A stretch of DNA of 64,000 bases from NCBI RefSeq assembly GCF_011386835.1, contig NC_088809.1:1488001-1552000 (forward strand), read 5' to 3'. The position numbers were made by a program, and so were the translations under genes. Below are positions 32,575 through 42,572 of this stretch, piece by piece (positions within the stretch are counted from its first letter, which is position 1; the number at the start of each line of letters is the position of its first letter). Origin of the DNA: Chrysemys picta bellii. Its lineage: Eukaryota. The notes under the pieces are model-generated. The model had not been told where the DNA came from and did no database searches. It worked only from the letters and a program-made list of their open reading frames with translations.

Positions 32575-34997
32575 ACCCCCCCCCCCCAGCACTCCCCTCG
32601 CCCAGACCAGTGTTGAAAGGCAGGGCAGGCTGGGTCTCCCTCTGGCACCTGACTGTAAGGACAGCCATGACTCTTCCACGTGTATCTGCAGCCCCCTCCC
32701 CCCCGGCTCCCCACTAGCTGAATATTGAACCAACGGTGCAGCCACCTCTGGGGTGACGATGGGAGCCACCACCCAGCACACTCTGTGGGGAAGGAGAGGT
32801 TTGACCAAGGGCATCAGGAAAAGCCCCTTGAGTTCTTGGTACCAGCAGAGCAATGCTCACAAGGAACCTGCACGATGCTGGATGTATCTGATGGGTCTGA
32901 AGGGTTGGGACAACCCTGCCAGGGGGTGAAAGGGGCTGTGAGCCCTGGGGCTCAGATCCCCAAGCCACTGCTCTGTGGCAGCCCGGCACAGCGCCTCATT
33001 CTGGGCTCTGCCCTGGTGCTGATGGGTCTGTTCGCTCAGGAGCCAGGTTGTGCCACTGGAACAATGAGCTTGTCCTGCCCCGCGTGGGCTACCAGGGCCC
33101 TGCAAGGGGCTACAAGGGCTGCTGGGTGAGGGGAGAGGGAGCAGACCCTCCCTGGCTGATGCCTGAAGAGCGTCTTTGGGAGCTGTGTGCCTCTCGTTGC
33201 TGGCCTTTGACGGGAGCTCTGGGGAACACAGAGGCCCCCCCCCCGCCAGCTGTGAGACTGTAGAGAATAAATGCAGTGAGGTGGGAGTTGGGGCAGAACC
33301 GGCCTGTCTGGGACCAGGATCCCACATGGGTGGGTGAATCGCTCCTGTCAGCCCGGGGGGCAGTTGGCCCTGCTCTCTGCACAGTCGGGAACGGATCCAT
33401 GGCCCCTGGGACCCAGACCGGCCCTTCCTGGTCTCAGCCTATCCGCCCCAACACCCTCCGCGTGGGTTCATCTGACGCAGGAGACCCAGGCACCCTGTCA
33501 ATGGGCGGCTCGGCCCTTCCCAGGCCAGGCTCTGTTCAGCTGCATTCGCAGGCCTCAGCCTGGCAAGGAAAGGGTTAGTGCTTAATCCGCCTTCTTCCCT
33601 TCCCAGGCCTCTGACCGAGAGTTACCCCCAAGCCCCCCTCGCCTGAGTTCGTGAAGGGCTTCCAAGGGGCCGGCTGAGCCGGTTGCCTGGCAGCCTGCAA
33701 TGGGGTGATGTTGCAGGGCCCATAGGACTCAGGTTCCTTTCAGGTTTTGCCTCCACCCGAACACGCCATCGGCTCTTTCATGTTCCTGTCCCTGTGCCGG
33801 GACAGGGCCTTTGTGAGGCAGCGGCCAGGCCGGAGCAGGGGGCGTCACCACGGGAATTCATGCCAAGAACGCCTCTTGAGCATATTAATAAAAGTTGCAT
33901 TAAGGAGCCTAGAGACTTGGGCTGGATTACGGAAAAGCCGCACGATCGACTGGGGCCTTTAACATAGGGCTGGCAGCCCCTGTGCTGTGGGCTCCCGCTG
34001 GCTGGGCTGCCGCCCGCACCTGCCAAGGCAACGCGCCCTGTTCTCACACAGGCAGACTCTGCACCCGCCCTCCCCGCTCTGGGCTGCAGCTGCTGGGGGC
34101 CCAAGGTACCCAGGGTTGGATGGCGCGGCTCAGGGCTACCTCCCACTACAGGGATGCAGCTGGCAGAGGCCACAGGCTCCAGCATGCAGCGGTTGGCCTT
34201 GCGCTGAGCAGCCTGGCTCCTGCATGAGCAGCACAGGGGGGCCTAGCGTACTCGGGGGGGGGGGTTCGGTTCTGGCTTTGGCCCATGAGCATCAGGCCTC
34301 GGGCTTTCAGCAAGTTCCCAGTGCCCTGCCGCTGGCCAGCTGACAGCCCCCTGGCTTCTGGACGGTACTGGGGAATGGGCAGATGAGCTGGGGGTGCGTC
34401 TCTAAAATCTCTGCCCAAGAATTGCAGCCGGACACTGCCCCCCGTGTACTCCATTCATGAACCCTGCCTGGCAGGCAGCGTCTGTAACCTCTGGGCAGCT
34501 CCTTCACGCCGGCCTGGAGGGAGGCAGGGATTCCAGACCTGACACTGCCTCCGTCTCAGATCTGTCCTCCGGCTGGGAAGCCTGGGCACCAGCAGGATGG
34601 GGGGCAGCTGGGTCGCCTCCATGGCCAACAACCGGCAGCCCTCGGGCCCGCTCCGGCTGCATTTTGATGGGAACTGGCCTGTGCAGGGCTCCCTGGGAGC
34701 CTGGCTCCGAGGTGGGCCCAGTCCCTTTAACAGCTCAGCTTCCAGGGTTACTCTGGTTCGCTGAGTGCCAGACTTGGCTGCCTGGCCCCTGGAGGCTGAC
34801 AGCTCCTGGGAGCGGTTGCCAGGGCTCCTTACCCTTCTTCACTGGTTTCACACAACCCCTTTCAAGGAGCCCATTGACAATTCACAGTCACAGCCCGGCT
34901 CAAAGTGGCGCATTGTGTCACTGGGCCAAGGCAGAGGCCGCCAGAGCTGGGCCTCAGAATGTAAAGTGCCCAGGAGACCCGTGGAAAGATGCAGGGG

Positions 34998-35294
34998 CGT
35001 CTGTCTGTCTCTCCCTTCCCACCCCCCGCAGCCAGCCTTCCACTCGTCTGTCTGTCTGTCCCTTCCCACCCCCTGCAGCCAGCCTTCCACTCGTCTGTCT
35101 GTCTCTCCCTTCCCACTCCCTCCAGCCAGCCTTCCACTCGTCTGTCTGTCTCTCCCTTCCCAGCCCCTCCAGCCAGCCTTCCACTCGTCTGTCTGTCTCT
35201 CCCTTCCCACCCCCTGCAGCCAGCCTTCCACTCGTCTGTCTGTCTGTCCCTTCCCACTCCCTCCAGCCAGCCTTCCACTCGTCTGTCTGTCTGT
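34998..35294. repeat. 47-bp VNTR, about 6.3 copies
   Basis: Unit CGTCTGTCTGTCT(C/G)TCCCTTCCCACCCCCTGCAGCCAGCCTTCCACT starting at 34998, 35045, 35092, 35139, 35186, 35233 and 35280. Confidence 0.95.
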
Positions 35295-35299
35295 CGCCA

Positions 35300-35390
35300 T
35301 ATATACCCCGCTCTGCCTGGTACTGCAGGTCCTTACGGACTGAGCATCCTCCCCCTGCTCCAGCCCCTTCCCCTGGCTTGGCAGGTAAGT
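35300..35390 (+). promoter_or_regulatory. Candidate TATA box and short non-coding first exon
   Basis: TATATA at 35300-35305. A consensus donor CAG|GTAAGT at 35384/35385 implies an exon of about 55 nt starting about 25-30 nt after the TATA box. Confidence 0.4.
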
Positions 35391-36069
35391 TGGCAGCAGG
35401 CACCTCCTGGCTGCCCTGGCTGTGGGGAGGAGATGGCAGCTGGGCACTGGTTACCGGCACTGGGGCCATTCCCCCCCCCCACAATGTGGGGGCACCGTGC
35501 TGGCCCTGGAGCGACGTGCACCCTGCACCTTCCAGATGCAGGGCAGCCCCCTGGAGACCCAGCAGCACCACCCCTGGCAGGGGGAACAGCACACGGCTCT
35601 GGCGCCAGAGGCAGGGTCTGGGAGAGGGGCCCCATCCCTGAGCTAGAGGAGGGACTGGGCATGTGCCTGTTGCGGGGGGGGGAACCCCTGAGCCAAGGGG
35701 CTGCGGGGGGGCACTGCGAGAGCCTGGCCGGGGCCTGACCTCCCTCGTGGGCCTGGCAGTAGTGTCTGCCTGAGAACAGCGCCGGGCGACGCTCCCTGCG
35801 GCCCCCTGCCCCAAGCACGCCAGTGACTCGGACATTTCCACGGTGCTCCCTGGCCATTCTGGGCGGCTCTATGACCTGGTGGGATGGAATCCCGGTTCCT
35901 GCTCATTCCAGCGCACCTGGGCCAGGGCCAGTCCCTTCTGAAGCACTCGGCCCTGCGCTGGCGTCTCAGCCCGGCTCCGGGGACGGGTGCTCTCTGGAGT
36001 TGCTGGCTGGACGAGGAGCTGGGCAGCTGGGAGCCACTTGCCCTGGCCCTGGCTCTCCAGGCACAATCC

Positions 36070-37060
36070 ATGCACAAGGTACTGGAGCCTGTGGGGCCTA
36101 TGGGGAGCACAGTTAGCCAGAAGCTGAGATGTTCCAGCAGCTTCCAGCTGCACAGCCGGGAGCAGCAGCTGCGGCTGATCAGGGACTGTCCCTCCCGGCC
36201 GAGGAGGAGATCCTCACTGGTAAGTCACCCAGGGGCTCTTCTCCCTCAGCTCCTGATACTCGCATGTGGGGAACCTGGCACGTGGGGCTGGGCCGGCTCT
36301 GACTCCGCTTCACCACAGGCTGGGCAGGACAGCAGGCAGCAGGCGTCTGGCCCATCTGGGGGCATGGGCTGGTGAGACCCCCCCCCACTGCTCTGTAAAT
36401 CAGGGGAAACCCTGCAGTCCCCCCACCCTATCGGGAGTGAGGGGCCACACCCCGGGGCGGAACATGTGCCACACGCTCACACCTGTGCGGGCCAGGGGAG
36501 GGGAAGGGCCACCCAATCAGAACTCTCTGCCACGCCCATGGGGTGGCGTTCACACCTGCTTGGCCCTTGCTCTGCACAGGGGTGATGCCATCCAAGGTGC
36601 AGGCAGGGAGACCAGGCCTCTTCTGTCACAGGGAGGAAGTGGAAGGAGAAATCTGCCACCAGGCCCTTGCTCAGTCCTTGCCTGTAGCTCTCCTCCAGGG
36701 AGGACAAGGTGTGCCCAGGCTGCAGGTCCAGTAGGGTGGGGGCAGATGCTGCAGGTCATGCTTCTTAGCACTGGGGGGGCCTTGCAGTGCACAGTGGGGT
36801 GTACTTGTGCTGGACTCTTCCGGAGTTCCCTGGGGGTTCGCCCATGGCTGGGGGAGAGGGGTCCTGCAGTGCGTGGGGGCTATGCCGTGTGCTCCTTGGC
36901 TTGGGGAGGTCCTGCAGTGCGTGGGGGCAGTGCCCGAGCTGTGTGCTCCCTGGCATTATTTCGTGCTCTGCGCCTGCTCCATTAGTGGTTACATTCCTTT
37001 AACTCTTCCCTTGCCAGGTCCCACCCCATGAACCCATCGTCGAGCACCCTGATGAGGATT
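36070..37060 (+). CDS. Candidate upstream coding exons (36061-36219, 37018-37060); possible N-terminal extension of the APRT-like gene, or a separate small gene
   Basis: CTCTCCAG|...CTG|GTAAGT and CCCTTGCCAG|...GATT|GTGAGT. Spliced frame: MHKVLEPVGPMGSTVSQKLRCSSSFQLHSREQQLRLIRDCPSRPRRRSSL-VPPHEPIVEHPDED. Its phase-1 end matches the phase-1 acceptor at 42538. No homology recognised. Confidence 0.4.
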
Positions 37061-37946
37061 GTGAGTCAGACGCAGGCCCCAGAGCAGCTCCTGGGGATCC
37101 CTGCTTTGCCAGGGGCCCTGCCGAGGCCCTGGCACTTGGCCCCCCTTCCTAGCGCCACGTGCTCGGTGGGTGCCGAGGGACGCGGGTTCAGAGGGGAGCT
37201 ATTAAAAGACAATGTTCTGAGTTCCCTGCGCTCCGGCCAGGTTCTGTGGGGTGGGCTAAGCTGGTGCATTGTGGGGTAGGGCATGGGCCGAAGAGGAAGG
37301 GGAGGCTGGTTGGAAGGGGGGGAATGACGCTTTTCCTACCCGGGAGTGAAGAGGCGTCCCCATGGGACTCCAGCCCTGCCCACCCCCAGCCTGCTGCTCC
37401 ATGGCTCCGGGACCAGCAGGTATGAGGGAGCTTCTCTGACCTCAGCCCTTCCCGACGCTGCCCTAGGCCATGGGGCTGCAAACAGGTGGGGGGCTGGGAG
37501 GACAAGAGCCCATACCCCAGCCTCATGGACTCATGACAGACACTGCAGTGTCCACACTGGCCTCTGTGGGGCACTCTGGCAACCAGCCAGCCTGACCCCC
37601 AGGGCATGGCCACTGACCTCCCCGGGCCTGCTGGGCCAGCCCACGGGAGTGCAGTCAGCTACACGTGAGCCCTGGCTGGTCTGAGGGCGGCTTGGCCAAT
37701 TGGCTCCCAGCCCGGGCTCCTCCTGGCACCGCGGCATCACCACCTCTCCTGGCCCCCGCCAAAGCCCCTGTGGAATGTGCAGGGACCCTGGGAGCCAACA
37801 GCACGGACAAAGGTCTCAGCCATCAGCCGGCCAGAAACACCTTGGCCGTTCCCCAGCACAATGCAGCCGTGCGCCGTCCTTCACCCAGGCCCCAGACACA
37901 GCTAGCGCCAGGCCCCAGCGGCGTCCCGGGAGAAGCTGGGGCAGGT

Positions 37947-38098
37947 GGGGCCAAGACCCAGTGGAGAGGGTCGTGGGGGACGGGGGGGCCAAGACCCAGT
38001 GGAGAGGGTCGTGGGGGACAGGAGGGGCCGAGACCCAGTGGAGAGGGTCATGGGGGGCAGGACAGGCCGAGACACAGAGGGGAGGGTCGTGGGGGGGG
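37947..38098. repeat. About 40-bp G-rich tandem repeat (about 4 copies)
   Basis: GGGGCC(A/G)AGACCCAGTGGAGAGGGTC(G/A)TGGGGG reiterated. Confidence 0.85.
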
Positions 38099-39755
38099 CA
38101 CTAGCCTTTATCGCTGGGGACATAGGTATGAATGCAGGTTCAGTGACCAGTGCAATGAGTTTGGGGCCCTGAGCCCCCTCTTCCTCCCATTTCTATCATC
38201 GCCGGCCACTCGTCTCATGAGCCATGTGTGAGCCCCCTTGGCAATCCCGCTGGCTGGCCGAGAGGAGCCCAGACTGGGCGCTCTGCTGCGGAGCGCGTCC
38301 GGGGGGCAGCGTGACGCGCTGGGAACGTCCGCACATGGCCGAGCACGTGTTTGTTCAGCCACCCCCGGGGTCACATCACCTTGGCATGCGCAACCTGGCG
38401 CCAGCTGGGTTTTACCTTCTCAGCCTGTTTTCACGTTACGAACCCCCCCCACCCAGGAGCACAGGGGTCCCCGCATGTGTCGGTATCCGGTGGCCCCCGC
38501 CCAGCTGCTGCTGGGGGTGCAGGGCCAGGCCGGGGCCCAGCACTGGGTGGGTGGGGACGGGGGCAGTCGCTTCCATCCAGCTAGCGAGTGTCCTGACTTT
38601 GTACATCTGCTCGGGTCTCTGGCTCTGTGCACTGGCAGGGCGGCAAACGGCTGATTGCCAGCCAGAGGAGCACCCACCTGCGGCACGGACACCGCCGGGC
38701 TCTCCCCTGGCAGCAGGTGAGCTGGTCCCCGATGTGATGGACAGTGATGGTGCCACGCTGCTTCGCCAGCGTTTGCCATTTCGTCCATGCTGCTGGGGCA
38801 GGGCTGTGCCCGCAGGGCCATGTCTGGAATGCAGGCTGCGGTGGGGCCAGATGTCTCGGATACCATGGTGGGGGGCAGAGGGCAGGGCCTGACTTGGGTG
38901 CAGCCTGTAACCAGCCAGCCCGATGCCAGGGAGCTGAGCGGATAACTCATATCCCCATCACCCTCTGGTTTCCAACATCACCTGCTTTCGATGTTCAGCT
39001 CAGGGGAGCCGCGTGCTCCCTGCCCATCCCCCCGAGCCCCAGCACACCCCGCCACCTGGGCACCAGCCCCAGTGCAGCAGCAGAGAGGATGCAGTGCTTC
39101 CCGGGGTGCCAGCTGAGCGCTGGCATCCCCCTTAGCATGAGATCCCGTCCCCACCTGCTCACCCACTGCGCCCCCTGGTGGCCATCGAGGGGGCACCGGG
39201 CCTGCGAGCTCTGCGTGGCTATAAGGGACCCCGTTCTATTGCTGCCCAGTCTCTAGTCTCGGCCTACGGGCTCCATGCCCGGGTCACCGCTTGAATGGGG
39301 TCCCTGGGGGGACTGACCGCTCGCTGCACAAACCCTGCCGCTCAGGAGGCAGAGCCCTTCGAGTGCAGGCACCTGCTCCCCACCAGACAGGCCCTGCCCC
39401 GCTCTGCAGGGCGGGGGAGAGGGACCCTGGACTCTGTGCCCCCCCACAGGGCGATGGGGTTCTCAACACGTTTGTTCAGGTGAAACCAGGTGAAGGCACC
39501 AGCCTGCATGTGAGCCAGCCCTGCAGGGGGCACGGGGGGAGACAGGCCATGCCAGGAAGCCCCTGCCTGATGCCTGCTGCTTCCCCCGCCCTGGGCCGAT
39601 GGTGCCTTGTGCTGCCATGACCCCAGCCCCCGAGCGAGCAGCGACAAGGTCCTTGTGCACGAGGGACGGGGTCTCTGGAGAATGAATTCACACCTGGGAC
39701 AAGGTTCTTCCTGTGCACACGCGAGCCCAGCAAAGCAAGAAAGCAGCAGCGTGTC

Positions 39756-40266
39756 TGTGACCAAGTGGGAATGTTCTTGATGTGTTATTTGAATGCTGAA
39801 TGGGGAGTATTGACCTGGGAAGGTTGCAGGGGAGTTGTGCTGGGGCTGCCTGCGTTGGGGAAGGGAGCAGACCTGAGCATGTAACCTGAGAACCCAGGAT
39901 GGGGTTGGAGGCCAGGTGACACCTCTGCCCTGGGGAAACTGGACAAAGGACACAAAGGCTGGGGGAGGAGCCAGGGGAAGGCCAGAAAGGAGAAGGCTGG
40001 AGGGAGTTTCAGTTTGGAGCTGGCTGGAAAATGGAGAGGGGCGCCCCGATGGGGCTTGGGCTTCCCAACAGGGCAGTGGCCTCCCTGGGGCCCCCAGATG
40101 GACCTAACTAAAGGGGGAGGGGGCTGTTGTTGGTACCAGCAAGACCTGTTTTGGCCTGTGTTCCTGTCGTCTAAATAAACCTTCTGCTTTACTGGCTGGC
40201 TGAGAGTCATGGTGAATCGCAGGAAGCCGGGGGTGCAGGGCCTGGTCTCCCCCACCCTCCGTGACA
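39756..40266 (+). mobile_element. Solo LTR (Gypsy-type)
   Basis: TGTGACCAAGTGGG ... CTCCGTGACA (TG..CA) with AATAAA at 40174-40179. Flanks GTGTC and GTGGC resemble a TSD with one mismatch. Confidence 0.75.
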
Positions 40267-42572
40267 GTGGCCCCTGCCCCTTCCACAGTGCCAGGGCACG
40301 GGGATCACCGCTGGGGCAAAGCGAAGGCCGCAGGAGGGGTCAGATGTTGGGCACGTAGCCCAGGGGGCAGTGCCAGTGAAGGGCATGGAACTGGGCGGCT
40401 CAGCGTGGGGAGGGTGCTCCCAATCCGGGGCAGGACTGTGCCAGGCAGCCAGGAGCCGGCCGTGGGCTCCAGATACTTCTCCTGGGGACTGGGTGGGCTT
40501 GGTTCCAGCCCGTGCTCCCCAGGCTCCCGCCCTGGGGGCTGGTCCCAAGAGAGACCCAGGTGCTATTCGGTCCCCTGGCTCTCAGGAGGCTTGCTTGGCT
40601 CAAGCAGTGCTGGCAGGGGGCACCATGGCTCAGGAGTGCTGGGGGAGGGGGAGTCAGGATGTTGATAAGGCGCTTCACTGGGCTCCCCTTCCCTAGGCAG
40701 CAATACCAGGGCTCTGGGGCTCTCTCCGCCCTGCAGGGTCACTAGGGAGGCTCCCTGCTCCCTCTGCAATGAGTCTCCAGGGCCTGTCCAGCACGTGGGT
40801 GCGGGAGGCTTGGGGAAAGTCTGGGGGACGAGCTCGGCCCTGACTTGCGGTGGGCTCGGCTGCCGTGTGCCACCCCAGAGGAGGAGCAGCCGTGTGCAGC
40901 GTGTGGAGGCAGTGACGCGGAGCCGCCGGAGGGCCCGGTGAGTAGAGCACTCAGGCCTGAGCAGGGGTGTGCAGGAAACCAGCTGCCTTTGCCGTCGGAC
41001 AGTCGTGGTCCCAGGCGACCCAGGGTCTGTCTCCGCCAGTCAGAAGCTGGGATTGTCCCCCGTGCAGCCACACGGGTGCGGGAGCAGAGCCTGGGTGCTG
41101 CCCCCGGGGCCAGCCCATGTGCTGCCTGCCGTAGCGACACTGCTGTGGTTACCCAGGCGAGCTTCCACGTTAGCTGGGGGCTGCGATGTGCTGCAGTCGC
41201 TTGCCTGACTACAGGACTGACAGGCCCTGTGTGAACAGGGCTCAGGCCCCGGTGATCCTGGGCTTGCACCGGGCACTTGGGCCACTCACGCAGGGGAAGG
41301 ACACCAGTGTTCTCCCATTGGGAGCTCCAAAGGCTCGTGCGTCCCCTGGCTCTCCCTCCCTTTGGCGTCCTCTCCCTCCTGTCCCTTCTCCCAGGCCGTG
41401 TTCTCCGGGGCTTGCCCTGAGACTGGATGGTGAACAACTCACTGCGAGCTCACCGGCCCTTGGCCCCGGCCTGAGCTTTCCCCAGCTGTTGTTGTCTGTG
41501 ATGGGAGCTTCAGCCGTGTCCAGTTGCACTTTGGCTCTGCAGGGACGTGGGTGTGGCCTGCCTGCTGCCCGTCTTCCAGGGCTCCGAAGCACTGGGACAA
41601 GGGCTCCACAGCAGAGACCCTCCTGCAGGTACTGAGCCAGCTTGGACCCCACTTGGGGGGCATTTAAAGGATGCCTGCTTGGGACACGTTAGTGGGAATG
41701 AGCTGCAGCAGCCCATGGGAAGCGAGGGATACGGGGCAGGAAGGTGGATGAAATGCACCAGGGCTCGGGCTGAAGGACCTGAGGGTTGGCCCAGCCAGGG
41801 CCCCTGGAGCAATCCTGACTGGTCTCCAGGGACTGTGCAGCGCTGCCTGGATGCCAAGGGTCTGGGGGGGTTACTGGGAGGCCAGGCCCCTCCCAGCCTT
41901 ACTCCTCCTCGCTTGTACTAACCAGTAGGAAACTTGACAATGAAAGCTGTTTCCTTGCTGAATGTTGTGTGCGCTCCAGCACGCAGGTTTGTTATTGTAG
42001 GGTTGCTCACAAGCACTGGGCAGCATTGGTTTGTTTTTGTAGGGTTGTTTCCAAGCACTGGTTGGTGTTGGTTTGTTATTGCAGGGTAGCCCCTGACCAT
42101 GGGATCCTGCAGTTGTTTATTTCAGACACTGGAGCACTGAGCCCACCTCCAGCGTCTAGGACTCAGGCCCCGGATGCCAAGTTGTCCAGACTTTGCTCGT
42201 TTTGAGCGGTGAGAGAGCAGCCCGCCGGTAAATGGAGCAGTTGGGTGGCTGGACTCTGCTCCAGACGTGAGGGCCTGGCAGGTACTTCCCGTGCAAAGCC
42301 AGTTCATCCCTGAGCTCGGCTCATCCCGGCTCCTTTCCTGGGGCTCACAGGCTGCTCTGTGGTTCCTGGGCTGCCTGTGAGCCGCAGGCCCCTGCCGTGG
42401 GGGGTCTGCTCTCTGCTCCCATGGGGCACTGCAGTGAGCCGCTTTGCTGGGCGGTAGGAGGTGGGTGAGGTGCCCATTGAGCGTCTCTCCTGCCAGCCAT
42501 GCCAGCGCATTTAGGGCCGACTCTTCTTCCCGTGCAGCTGGTTCCATCCGGGCCCTGCCCCTCCGTGCGCTC

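Noticed and set aside
34998-35294. CRISPR-like appearance of the 47-bp array
   Set aside because: The units are head-to-tail with no unique spacers, there are no cas genes, and the context is a vertebrate genome.
34457-35841. ORFs of 200-394 aa with repeated LPLVCLSLPS / DRQTDEWKAG motifs
   Set aside because: These are six-frame read-throughs of the 47-bp VNTR, with no splice or homology support.
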